From Desulfomonilia bacterium (GTDB taxonomy: Bacteria; Desulfobacterota; Desulfomonilia; UBA1062): a stretch of DNA of 64,000 bases. The position numbers and the translations under genes are program-made. The stretch covers positions 1 through 64,000 of the forward strand of contig CAXXDQ010000006.1 of NCBI GenBank assembly GCA_963664325.2, in the 5' to 3' direction. Under the pieces are notes generated by a model that was not told where the DNA came from, ran no database searches, and saw nothing but the letters and a program-made list of their open reading frames with translations. Shown here in pieces: positions 1 through 9,388 of this stretch (its first letter is position 1; the number at the start of each line of letters is the position of its first letter).

Positions 1-29
1 TGAACGGCGAATACGAAATGAATATATAG

Positions 30-152
30 GAAAAGGCGTTATAACTTTGCATACCGCCAATGCTCCTAACGGAAACGCTGCGGCGTACATCATTGTACGC
101 CTCACATTTCCGCTTCGTCACTCCTAGGTCTGCTTTGTTCTAACGCCTTTTC
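30..152 (-). repeat. ~123 bp palindromic intergenic element (MITE/REP-like), copy 1
   Basis: Terminal inverted repeat GAAAAGGCGTTATAAC (30-45) / GTTCTAACGCCTTTTC (137-152), 15/16 match. Central hairpin GGCGTAC...GTACGCC. Its reverse complement aligns along its length with 1457-1577. Confidence 0.85.
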
Positions 153-162
153 AATTAGTTAT

Positions 163-501
163 ATGAAACCATCAGAGAAACTAAAAGAAAAACAGGTCAG
201 AATCTTTCACACCTTGGTGTTTCTCCTCATCTGTCTCTTTTTCACTGGTGTCGCTATAGAATGGGAATTGAGACAGAGAAGAAAGTTCGAAGCAGCCATT
301 GCCTACAAGAATTTTTCAAAAGAGAAACTCCAGGCTGTCATCAGCGATTTCGACAGCCTGAAGGCCTGCAGAGACCCTTATATCGAGCACTTTACGGACA
401 AGCATCCAGAATTTGCAGGTCTTAACCGCATATGGATCATCAATTCATGCGGATGGTGGCTTAAGAAATTCAGACGGGAGCTTAAGAGGAAAAGGGCATG
501 A
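163..501 (+). CDS. hypothetical protein with one N-terminal TM segment
   Basis: 112 aa ORF with hydrophobic stretch IFHTLVFLLICLFFTGVAI. Stop overlaps the next start (ATGA). Confidence 0.65.
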   Translation: MKPSEKLKEKQVRIFHTLVFLLICLFFTGVAIEWELRQRRKFEAAIAYKNFSKEKLQAVISDFDSLKACRDPYIEHFTDKHPEFAGLNRIWIINSCGWWLKKFRRELKRKRA

Positions 502-1271
502 AGAATCCGCTGAAGCAGGCTCTATACCTTTTTGATTCATTACTCGGAGGCTACTTCGGCCAGTACCTGGAGGTGCGGTCGCTCGAGTTTTTCCTGGCCT
601 GGGGAGAGGCTACAAAAAGGCCGTTCATCGGGCCATATCTTAAAAGGCTTTTTGTCTGGTTCTGCACATACTTTACGGGCATAGTCGTGCCGTCGCTCGA
701 CTCGCTTGAAGGCAGACCCAAGATATTGCCCTGCGACGACGTTATCAATCTGGTAAAACGTGCCCGTGTCACAAGCCTTCACCCGTGCACCTGCAAGGCG
801 AATATCATCCCTGATGATCCGGATATCCCGCGTGACACATGCATGGGTTTTACTTTCGTGGAAGGTATGGAGGACCTGTCGGACGAAAATTATCACAATG
901 ATTTTAAACTCAGGCGGGAGATAATCGAGAAGCTCAGGCAGTGTGAAGAGCTGGGGCTGGTGCATCAGATAATGACCACATCGAGACCTACCGGCAAAAA
1001 GGGCTACGTGCTGTGCAACTGCGACGGCCAGAGCTGCATTCCCGTTATACTTTTCAGGAAGTACGGCATCCCGATGGTCAGAACCTCCGGCTACCTTCTT
1101 AACATAACCGAACCTGAAAAATGCATGGCCTGCGGTATATGCGCCAAGCGCTGCATCTTTGACGCGGCGGCACTGTCAGATAAAAAGCCCGTCACCGATT
1201 TTAATAAATGCATGGGCTGCGGGGTTTGCGTGAAGACGTGCAGGGCCGGGATAAGATCGCTTAACATATAA
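498..1271 (+). CDS. 4Fe-4S dicluster-binding protein
   Basis: C-terminal CMACGICAKRC and CMGCGVCVKTC ferredoxin motifs. Additional CxC and CNCxxxxC motifs, plus GLVH. Confidence 0.85.
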   Translation: MKNPLKQALYLFDSLLGGYFGQYLEVRSLEFFLAWGEATKRPFIGPYLKRLFVWFCTYFTGIVVPSLDSLEGRPKILPCDDVINLVKRARVTSLHPCTCKANIIPDDPDIPRDTCMGFTFVEGMEDLSDENYHNDFKLRREIIEKLRQCEELGLVHQIMTTSRPTGKKGYVLCNCDGQSCIPVILFRKYGIPMVRTSGYLLNITEPEKCMACGICAKRCIFDAAALSDKKPVTDFNKCMGCGVCVKTCRAGIRSLNI

Positions 1272-1456
1272 TAAAAAAAATTTAATTGAATTGAATAATG
1301 ATTCATGCCGTTAGCAGTCTTATCCGAATTGGACTGTTAATTCTGAAAAACAATACTCTTAGCCTCTGGACAAAATAAAACAACTTGTCTATACATTGGC
1401 AAAGGTTCACTGCTTTTAACCGGCAACATCTTTATTTTATGTTTCCGGTTGCAGGG

Positions 1457-1577
1457 CAGGGCGTAAGAACAAGGCAGATCGAGGAGCAACGAAATCGAGG
1501 AATGAGGCATACTTTTAGCGTATGCCGCAGTGACGAGATAAGGAAGCGACGAAGATATGCAAAGTTATGACGGCCTG
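1457..1577 (+). repeat. ~121 bp palindromic intergenic element (MITE/REP-like), copy 2
   Basis: Imperfect terminal IR CAGGGCGTAAGAAC / GTTATGACGGCCTG. Central hairpin TGAGGCATAC...GTATGCCGCA. Shares AGAACAA.GCAGA, AGGAG..ACGAA and TATGCAAAGTTAT blocks with copy 1. Confidence 0.85.
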
Positions 1578-1618
1578 TACCGGTGGTGGCTGCGCTTGAG
1601 AGGTCAAAAATATAAGCC

Positions 1619-2485
1619 ATGAAAAAAAGAGCAAAGATAGCAATTCTAGTGGTGTTTGTGGCGGTTGCCGCAGGCTGGACAGGCTACAGCTACCTCGGGG
1701 AGATGAAGCCGGCAATAGGGATTCTCGAGGTCGATGGGGCCATCATGGGGGCCGAGCTTTACCTTGACAGGATCAAGGCGTTTGAAGAAGACGATACCGT
1801 CAAGGCGGTAATCGTACGTATCAACAGTCCCGGAGGTGTGGTCGGGCCTTCCCAGGAGGTCTACGGAGAGCTCCTTAAGCTTAGAAAACAAAAGCCGGTA
1901 ATTGCTTCCATGTCTGCAGTCGGCGCATCCGGGGCCTATTACATTGCCTGCGCATGCGAGACTATCTATGCGATGCCCGGGACAATGACCGGCTCGATCG
2001 GCGTCCTGATGGAGTTCATTGACGTCAGCTCAGGTTTGACCAAACTTGGAATAAGCGCCGGAAGCATCACCTCGGGAAAGATGAAGGATGCCGGATCACC
2101 GTTCAGGCCCATGTCGCCGGAGGAAAGGGAATATTTCCTTGCGGTTGTAAACGATGTGCAGGAACAGTTTGTGGAAGCTGTTTCAAAATCACGGAAATTA
2201 CCGGCCGAAAAGGTCAGGGCATACGCCGACGGGCGGATCTATACTGGCAGGCAGGCATTAAACCTGGGGCTGGTGGACAAGATGGGCGGCCTTGAGGACG
2301 CGATCGAACTGGCAAAAGCAAAAACCGGGATTACGGGTAAACCAAGGATAATAAGGCCGAGAGAGGAAAAAGGCTTTTTTGAGTCATTGGGACGGTTGCT
2401 GGACAGCAGCCTGCCGGGCAATTCTTCATCTATTGGTGAAATGGTCAAGGGAAGGAATATCAGGCTGTCTTACAGCATGTATTAA
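1619..2485 (+). CDS. sppA: signal peptide peptidase SppA (S49, 36K type)
   Basis: RINSPGG, ASGAYYIA, TGSIGV, GKMKDAGS and ADGRIYTG motifs, with an N-terminal anchor. Confidence 0.95.
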   Translation: MKKRAKIAILVVFVAVAAGWTGYSYLGEMKPAIGILEVDGAIMGAELYLDRIKAFEEDDTVKAVIVRINSPGGVVGPSQEVYGELLKLRKQKPVIASMSAVGASGAYYIACACETIYAMPGTMTGSIGVLMEFIDVSSGLTKLGISAGSITSGKMKDAGSPFRPMSPEEREYFLAVVNDVQEQFVEAVSKSRKLPAEKVRAYADGRIYTGRQALNLGLVDKMGGLEDAIELAKAKTGITGKPRIIRPREEKGFFESLGRLLDSSLPGNSSSIGEMVKGRNIRLSYSMY

Positions 2486-2598
2486 GGGATTGGATAGTGA
2501 TTAGGGGTGAACTGAAGATTTGACTTCAATAATTATTGGGAAGGGATCTTTTTTCGACATCAGCTGATCACTGGCACAGGATTTCCAGCGAGGATTAT

Positions 2599-4053
2599 AT
2601 GATAGAAGACGCATTGACTTTTGACGACGTTCTGCTTGTTCCGGCAAGATCGAGTGTGACACCGGCCAGCGTGGATACAAGCACATGGCTTACAAAAGGG
2701 ATAAAACTGAACATACCGCTTGTAAGCGCCGCCATGGATTCCGTCACGGAGGCGAATACGGCCATCGCTATGGCGAGGGAAGGCGGCATTGGAGTAATCC
2801 ACAAGAACATGCTGCCCGAAGCCCAGGCCGTAGAGGTCGACAAGGTCAAAAAATCAGAAAGCGGAATGATAGTCGACCCCATCACGATGACACCGGAAAG
2901 GAAATTATGGGAAGCCCTCGAACTGATGAAACATTACCATATCTCAGGCGTGCCGATAACTGTTGAAGGCAAGCTTGTAGGCATTCTTACAAACCGGGAT
3001 CTGAAGTTTGAAACCGACCTCAACCGCTCAGTAAGCGAGGCCATGACAAAGGAAAACCTTATTACCATAAAGGGGGAGATAACTCTGGCCGAAGCCAGCA
3101 AGCTCCTCCATAAATACAAAATCGAAAAGCTGCCTGTCGTTGATGACGAGTACAGGCTTAAGGGGCTTATTACAATAAAGGATATTGAAAAGGCTGAGCA
3201 GTTTCCCGATGCCGCAAAGGACAGCAGGGGGAGGCTTATCGTCGGTGCCGCCGTCGGAGTCTTCCCGAACGATGAGGCAAGGGTTCATGCACTGATGAAG
3301 GCCGGTGTCGACGTGATAGTTGTCGATACCGCCCACGGCCATTCCGAAGCGGTTCTTGAAACAGTCAAGGCGATAAAGGCCGCTTACCCTAAATCTCAGG
3401 TGATAGCAGGAAATGTAGTAACCGCCGAAGCGGTCGCAGACCTTATTGATGCGGGGGCGGACGGGATAAAGATTGGTGTCGGGCCTGGCTCCATCTGCAC
3501 GACCAGGGTTGTAGCCGGTGTGGGCATGCCGCAGATAACGGCTATAAAAAACTGTTCAAAAGCCGCTGATGAGTTTGGCATTCCGATAGTCGCCGACGGC
3601 GGTATCAAGTTCTCGGGAGACTTGACAAAGGCGATTGCCGCCGGGGCTTCAACCATAATGATAGGCTCCCTGTTTGCAGGCACCGAGGAGGCGCCTGGCG
3701 AGATGATTATCTACCAGGGCCGCACATATAAATCATACCGGGGCATGGGTTCAGTCGAGGCCATGAAACAGGGCTCGAAAGACCGTTATCAGCAGGGCGA
3801 TATATGCGATGCCGAGAAGTTCGTGGCCGAGGGCATAGTCGGCCGTGTTTCGTACAGGGGCAGGATATCTGAAAATGTGTATCAGCTTATAGGAGGCCTC
3901 AGGGCCGGAATGGGTTATACCGGATGCCGGACCGTGAAGGAGCTTCAGACAAAGGCCACCATGGTCAAGATTACAGCTGCGGGTCTGAAAGAATCTCATG
4001 TGCATGATGTGATAATTGTAAAAGAGGCGCCTAACTACAAACTGGAATCATAG
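2599..4053 (+). CDS. guaB: IMP dehydrogenase
   Basis: [11 protein letters not shown], a CBS pair, catalytic GPGSICTTR and YRGMGS. Start moved to ATG 2599, behind a GAGG RBS. Confidence 0.98.
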   Translation: MIEDALTFDDVLLVPARSSVTPASVDTSTWLTKGIKLNIPLVSAAMDSVTEANTAIAMAREGGIGVIHKNMLPEAQAVEVDKVKKSESGMIVDPITMTPERKLWEALELMKHYHISGVPITVEGKLVGILTNRDLKFETDLNRSVSEAMTKENLITIKGEITLAEASKLLHKYKIEKLPVVDDEYRLKGLITIKDIEKAEQFPDAAKDSRGRLIVGAAVGVFPNDEARVHALMKAGVDVIVVDTAHGHSEAVLETVKAIKAAYPKSQVIAGNVVTAEAVADLIDAGADGIKIGVGPGSICTTRVVAGVGMPQITAIKNCSKAADEFGIPIVADGGIKFSGDLTKAIAAGASTIMIGSLFAGTEEAPGEMIIYQGRTYKSYRGMGSVEAMKQGSKDRYQQGDICDAEKFVAEGIVGRVSYRGRISENVYQLIGGLRAGMGYTGCRTVKELQTKATMVKITAAGLKESHVHDVIIVKEAPNYKLES

Positions 4054-4097
4054 GAAGGGCCGGATAATATCCGGCGTAAATAAATTCAGGCAGGACA

Positions 4098-7000
4098 ATG
4101 GGAGCAGAAAACAGTTTCGTTCATCTACACTGCCACACGCAGTACAGCCTTCTTGATGGTGCCATCAGGGTCGGCGACCTTATCAGAAAAACCAGGGAAT
4201 CAGGCCAGAAGGCCGTTGCCATAACGGATCACGGCGTCATGTACGGGGCAGTTGAGTTTTATGACAAGGCTGTTTCCGAAGGAATCAAGCCCGTGATCGG
4301 TTGCGAGGTGTATGTAGCGCCTACGTCGATGGAGGTCAAGGAAGCCCTCAAGGGGCTTCCGAGCAGCTATCACCTCCTGCTACTGGCCATTAACAACCAG
4401 GGTTATGCCAATCTCATGAAACTGGTGTCCCTGGCCCATGAAAAGGGATTTTACTACAAGCCCAGGGTTGACAAGAACCTTCTTTCCGAGCTTAACGGCG
4501 GGCTTATTGCCCTTTCCGCATGCCTCAAGGGTGAAATACCGTACTGGCTTTTAAGGGGTAACAAGGACGCGGCGTCAGAGGCGCTCGAATTCTATGCCAG
4601 GACCTTTGACGGCAGATTTTATATCGAGATCCAGGAGAACGGGCTTGCGGACCAGTCGCAGGTCAACCCGCTTTTGATCGACCTGGCAAGGAGGTATTCA
4701 CTTCCTGTTGCCGCAACGAACGACTGCCACTATCTGAGCAGGCAAGATGCAAATGCGCATGAGGCTTTGCTGTGCATACAGACCCAGACCACGATGCAGG
4801 ACAACAACCGCATGAAACTGGGTTCCGACCATTTTTACCTGAAAAGCCCGGGTGAAATGGCCGAAGCCTTTTCGTATATCCCGGAGGCCGTAAGCATAAC
4901 ATCCGAGATAGCATCGCGCTGCAATGTCGAGATTCTGAAGAACGTTTATTATTTTCCCGTATATCCGGCGGAACCCGGCAGAACGCTCGAGGACATGATA
5001 ACCCAGCAGGCGAGGGACGGGCTTAAAAAAAGGATGGGTGAAATCCCGGAAAACTATCGTTTACGGCTCGAGATGGAACTCGGGGTAATCAGGGACATGG
5101 GATTTTCAGGGTACTTCCTTATTGTCGCCGATTACATAAATTACGCAAAATCCAGAGGCATCCCGGTAGGCCCCGGGCGAGGAAGCGCCGCAGGCTCGAT
5201 CGCGGCTTACGGCCTGGGTATAACAGACATCGATCCGATACGCTGGAACCTTCTCTTTGAACGCTTTTTAAACCCCGAACGCAAGAGCATGCCCGATATC
5301 GATGTCGATTTCTGCCAGGACCGGCGTGATGAAGTGATTGAATATGTAAAGAACAGGTACGGAAAGGATTATGTAGCCCAGATTACGACATACGGAAACC
5401 TTAAGGCAAAGGCCGTAATCAAGGATGTAGCAAGGGTTATGGGCATCAGTTTTGCTGATGCAGATGCCATTGCGAAGCTGGTTCCGAACGACCCCAAAAT
5501 GACGCTTGAAAGGGCTGTTGCAGAAGAGCCCAGGCTTAAAGAGCTTATCTCAAAAGACCCGCAGGTGGCCCGGGTGATCGAGATAGGCAGGGCGCTTGAA
5601 GGCCTTTCCAGACATGCCTCGGTCCACGCAGGCGGCGTCGTCATTTCGGACAACTCTCCGATTACCGCCCATGTACCGGTCTATATCGATAAAAAGGGAA
5701 TGCCCATCAGCCAGTACGATATGAAGGTCCTGGAAAGGATCGGGCTGATCAAATTTGATCTTCTGGGTTTGAAGACGCTGACCGTTATACACAAGACCAT
5801 TGAAATACTTCATGCAAGGGGCGTGATGCTTGATATTGATTCAATCCCGCTTGACGACAAGCCGACGTACAAGCTCATAAGCGACGGCGACACGGCAAGT
5901 GTATTCCAGCTCGAATCTTCGGGGATGAGGCAGATGCTGTCCCAGCTCAGGCCAACCGTATTCGAGGATATTATAGCCGCGGTGGCCCTTTTCCGTCCGG
6001 GGCCCATGGATCTTATCCCGTCATATGCAAAGAGAAAACACGGAAGGGAAAAAGTCGAATACCTGCATCCCCTTGTAGAGGCGGTGCTGAAAGAAACTTA
6101 CGGTATCATGGTCTATCAGGAGCAGGTCATGCAGATAGCACAGGCCGCCGCAGGTTATTCTCTCGGGAAGGCCGACCTGCTCAGGCGGGCCATGGGCAAG
6201 AAAAAGCCCGAGGAAATGGCAAAACACAGGCATGATTTTGTTGAAGGGGCCAAGGCTAAAGGGGTTCCGGACAAAACGGCGTCCGAGATGTTTTCGCTGA
6301 TGGAGAAATTTGCAGATTACGGATTCAACAAGTCGCATGCTGCAGCATATGCGCTGGTAGCCTACCAGACCGCATATCTGAAGTGCCATTATTTCAAGGA
6401 ATTCATGGCAGCCAACTTTACTCTTGACCTGAACAATACGGATAAGGTTGTGCAGCATATAGCCGAATGCCGCGCCAATTCCGTAAAAATACTTTCCCCT
6501 GATTTGAACGAAAGCGCATGGGAATTTGTAACAACGGACAAGGGCATCCGTTTCGGGCTCGGCGGTGTAAAGGGTGTGGGGCATAAGGCCGTGGATATAA
6601 TCGTCGAGGAGCGGCAAAACGGGAGATTTAAAGATATCCGTGATTTTATCAAGAGGGTCAGCCTCTCGGGCGTGAACCGGAGGGTGCTTGAAGCGCTTCT
6701 CAAATCAGGTGCCTTTGACAGTATCCATGCAAACAGGAGGGCCGTGTTCGAGTCCCTTGATGCATTAATTGAAGATGCGCAAAGGCTTGCAAAACAGAAA
6801 GATGACATGCAGGGATCTCTGTTCGACCTGATCAGGGAGGATGAGATCGAAGAAGAGTTCAGGCTTCCGGATATCCCCGACTGGCCTGAAAACGAAAGGC
6901 TCAAGCAGGAAAAAGAAGCCTTGGGATTCTATATATCCGGTCATCCCCTCAATGCCTTTTCAGAGATCATCGAGAGATATTCGACAGCCAATACGCTTAC

Positions 7001-7532
7001 GCTTTCCGAGGTGTCGGGCAAGACAATCATAGCAGGAATTATCCAGAACCTGAATATAACCAGGACAAAAAAAGGCGACTCGATGGCAAGGGGATTTCTG
7101 GAGGATCTGCACGGGACTGTGCCCGTAATCTTCTTTCCGAAATGCTATGCCGAGTTTCATCAGGCAATTACAGGGGAAGGCCCTGTCGTAATCAAGGCGA
7201 CAGTCGATCACAGCGAGGATGAGGGCGAGGAAGGTCCGTCCGTCAAAGTTGACCTGAAGGCCGAAGAGGTCTATTCTATCGATCATGCGGACTCGGTTTT
7301 TGCAAGCCGTGTTATAGTAAAATTGTCCGATACGGACAAGCAGCATGATATAAGGGCGGTTAAAAACAGTATACTTGACTTTAAGGGAAGCTGCCCGGTC
7401 AGCTTTATGATAAAATCGAACGGTGCAATGGTTATGATCGATGCAGGAAAGGAGTTTACAGTAGCCCCGTCCAGGGCTTTTATTGAAAGGATTCAGGGAA
7501 TACTTGGGCCGTCACGGGTGGAGATACAGTGA
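4098..7532 (+). CDS. dnaE: DNA polymerase III alpha subunit
   Basis: FVHLHCHTQYSLLDG PHP domain, GRGSAAGS, PDIDVDF, KFDLLGL, YGFNKSH and a C-terminal OB fold. Confidence 0.98.
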   Translation: MGAENSFVHLHCHTQYSLLDGAIRVGDLIRKTRESGQKAVAITDHGVMYGAVEFYDKAVSEGIKPVIGCEVYVAPTSMEVKEALKGLPSSYHLLLLAINNQGYANLMKLVSLAHEKGFYYKPRVDKNLLSELNGGLIALSACLKGEIPYWLLRGNKDAASEALEFYARTFDGRFYIEIQENGLADQSQVNPLLIDLARRYSLPVAATNDCHYLSRQDANAHEALLCIQTQTTMQDNNRMKLGSDHFYLKSPGEMAEAFSYIPEAVSITSEIASRCNVEILKNVYYFPVYPAEPGRTLEDMITQQARDGLKKRMGEIPENYRLRLEMELGVIRDMGFSGYFLIVADYINYAKSRGIPVGPGRGSAAGSIAAYGLGITDIDPIRWNLLFERFLNPERKSMPDIDVDFCQDRRDEVIEYVKNRYGKDYVAQITTYGNLKAKAVIKDVARVMGISFADADAIAKLVPNDPKMTLERAVAEEPRLKELISKDPQVARVIEIGRALEGLSRHASVHAGGVVISDNSPITAHVPVYIDKKGMPISQYDMKVLERIGLIKFDLLGLKTLTVIHKTIEILHARGVMLDIDSIPLDDKPTYKLISDGDTASVFQLESSGMRQMLSQLRPTVFEDIIAAVALFRPGPMDLIPSYAKRKHGREKVEYLHPLVEAVLKETYGIMVYQEQVMQIAQAAAGYSLGKADLLRRAMGKKKPEEMAKHRHDFVEGAKAKGVPDKTASEMFSLMEKFADYGFNKSHAAAYALVAYQTAYLKCHYFKEFMAANFTLDLNNTDKVVQHIAECRANSVKILSPDLNESAWEFVTTDKGIRFGLGGVKGVGHKAVDIIVEERQNGRFKDIRDFIKRVSLSGVNRRVLEALLKSGAFDSIHANRRAVFESLDALIEDAQRLAKQKDDMQGSLFDLIREDEIEEEFRLPDIPDWPENERLKQEKEALGFYISGHPLNAFSEIIERYSTANTLTLSEVSGKTIIAGIIQNLNITRTKKGDSMARGFLEDLHGTVPVIFFPKCYAEFHQAITGEGPVVIKATVDHSEDEGEEGPSVKVDLKAEEVYSIDHADSVFASRVIVKLSDTDKQHDIRAVKNSILDFKGSCPVSFMIKSNGAMVMIDAGKEFTVAPSRAFIERIQGILGPSRVEIQ

Positions 7533-8476
7533 AAAAGAAAGTAAGATTTACCGATTTGGACAAGGCCCTTCTGGAATACGATGAGAGCCTTGCCGAGGTA
7601 GAGAAACGTGTTGACGATAAAGCGAAAAAATCAAGCTCGGAGGCCAGGAAGCTGGCTAATGAGCTCAGAAAAAACCTCTATTCCGATATAACCCGCTGGG
7701 AATGCATCGAGATAGCAAGGCATCCTGAAAGACCCGGTATCTGCGAATTCATTGCCGGCATTTTCGACAGCTTCATGGAACTGCATGGAGACAGGGCGCT
7801 TGGCGACGACCATGCAATTACAGGGGGACTGGCATTTCTTGATAAAAAGCCGATAATGGTTATCGGACACAAAAAACACCTGGCAGGACAGAAAAATTAT
7901 CTCGAATATCATTTCGGTATGGCTTCTCCGTCAGGAAACAATAAGGCTGCAAGACTCATGAAACTAGCCGAGAAATTTTCCAGGCCGATAATTACTTTTG
8001 TAGATACGCCAGGAGCATATCCGGACCCTGAAGCGGAGGACCGGGGACAGGCATACAGCATTGCCATGTGCATAAATGCCCTTTCCAGCGTTAAGACGCC
8101 CGTTATTGCGTGCATAATAGGGGAGGCTGGTTCCGGAGGCGCTCTGGCCCTGGGATTCGGAGATAGAATGATTATGCTCGAAAACGCATTTTACAGCGCC
8201 ATATCGCCTGAAGGGTTTGCATCGATCAAGAGGGGAGATGAGACTACAAAAGAAGAAGCCGCTGAAATACTCAGGGGTACTGGCAGGGATCTGTATGAAC
8301 AGGGACTGATAGATTATATCGTTATGGAACCCTTGGGCGGCGCCCATAATAATCCTGATGCGGTGATCAAGGAAACAGGAAAGGCCATCCGCAGGTATAT
8401 ATCGGAGCTTGAGAAGGTGGATACCGGAACACTCATGAAAAGACGTTTTCAACGCATTGAAGGTCTGATGCCTTGA
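7529..8476 (+). CDS. accA: acetyl-CoA carboxylase carboxyltransferase alpha subunit
   Basis: ARHPERP, ELHGDR, FVDTPGAYP, GSGGALA and ISPEG motifs. Canonical position after dnaE. Confidence 0.92.
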   Translation: MKKKVRFTDLDKALLEYDESLAEVEKRVDDKAKKSSSEARKLANELRKNLYSDITRWECIEIARHPERPGICEFIAGIFDSFMELHGDRALGDDHAITGGLAFLDKKPIMVIGHKKHLAGQKNYLEYHFGMASPSGNNKAARLMKLAEKFSRPIITFVDTPGAYPDPEAEDRGQAYSIAMCINALSSVKTPVIACIIGEAGSGGALALGFGDRMIMLENAFYSAISPEGFASIKRGDETTKEEAAEILRGTGRDLYEQGLIDYIVMEPLGGAHNNPDAVIKETGKAIRRYISELEKVDTGTLMKRRFQRIEGLMP

Positions 8477-9252
8477 ATATTGAAACATGGTATTATGTTA
8501 TAGTCATATTTTTCGGGCTCTTTATCGGGAGCTTTTTAAATGTATGCATATACCGTATACCGAGGGGTCTTTCAATTGTATGGCCCGGTTCGAAATGTCC
8601 GGGCTGCGACACTCATATCAGGGCATACGATAACATACCTGTTTTAAGCTGGATTGTCCTTAGAGGAAAATGCAGGAGCTGCGGGCAGAGGATATCCGCC
8701 AGGTACCCTGTTGTCGAGACACTGACTGCCGTTATGGCCCTTGTCTTTTTTCATAAATACGGACTTACGCCCCGGTTTTTCATATATTTTGCCTTTGTCT
8801 GCGCTCTTATTGCCGTAACATATATAGACCTGGATTTTCAGATAATTCCGGACAGGATTTCGCTTGGCGGCATTGTCACGGGTCTTGTCTGTGTTTACTG
8901 GCTGCCAGTAAGCTACAGGGATGCTCTGATCGGCATGGTCTTCGGCGGGGGAGTGTTGCTGGTAGTTGTCTATGGCTATTATTTCCTCACTAAAAAACAG
9001 GGCATGGGCGGAGGCGATGTGAAACTGCTGGCCATGATAGGCGTGTTTACCGGATGGAAGGGGGTGCTGTTTACCCTTTTTTCAGCGTCTTTGATCGGTT
9101 CCGTCATCGGCATTGCCTGGGTTTACATCAACCATAAGGATATGAAGGCCGCCGTTCCGTTCGGACCGTTCCTTTCAATAGGGGCGCTTATCTATCTGTT
9201 GTGGGGTCCGCCAATGATCGGCTGGTATTTCGGATTCATGGGTCATCCGTAA
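8473..9252 (+). CDS. pilD: prepilin peptidase (A24)
   Basis: GSFLNVCIYRIP, two CxxC motifs, GMGGGDVKL and PFGPFL. Confidence 0.95.
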   Translation: MNIETWYYVIVIFFGLFIGSFLNVCIYRIPRGLSIVWPGSKCPGCDTHIRAYDNIPVLSWIVLRGKCRSCGQRISARYPVVETLTAVMALVFFHKYGLTPRFFIYFAFVCALIAVTYIDLDFQIIPDRISLGGIVTGLVCVYWLPVSYRDALIGMVFGGGVLLVVVYGYYFLTKKQGMGGGDVKLLAMIGVFTGWKGVLFTLFSASLIGSVIGIAWVYINHKDMKAAVPFGPFLSIGALIYLLWGPPMIGWYFGFMGHP

Positions 9253-9388
9253 AATCCGTTCATCTGATTGACTGCCCGTTCATTCACATTGCTGTTTTGT
9301 TTTAAGGCGAACAGGAGGTATAAAGGCAAGACAGTCTGTATTTGCACTAGAGCCGGCTGATCAGCCGGTCTGTAAAGGAGATTGAACT

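Noticed and set aside
30-152. Palindromic element as an integron attC site
   Set aside because: The ends do not fit RYYYAAC...GTTRRRY in either orientation, the copies are inverted rather than direct, and no integrase is present.
2599-4098. guaA absent after guaB
   Set aside because: Separation of guaA and guaB is common and cannot be judged from one window.
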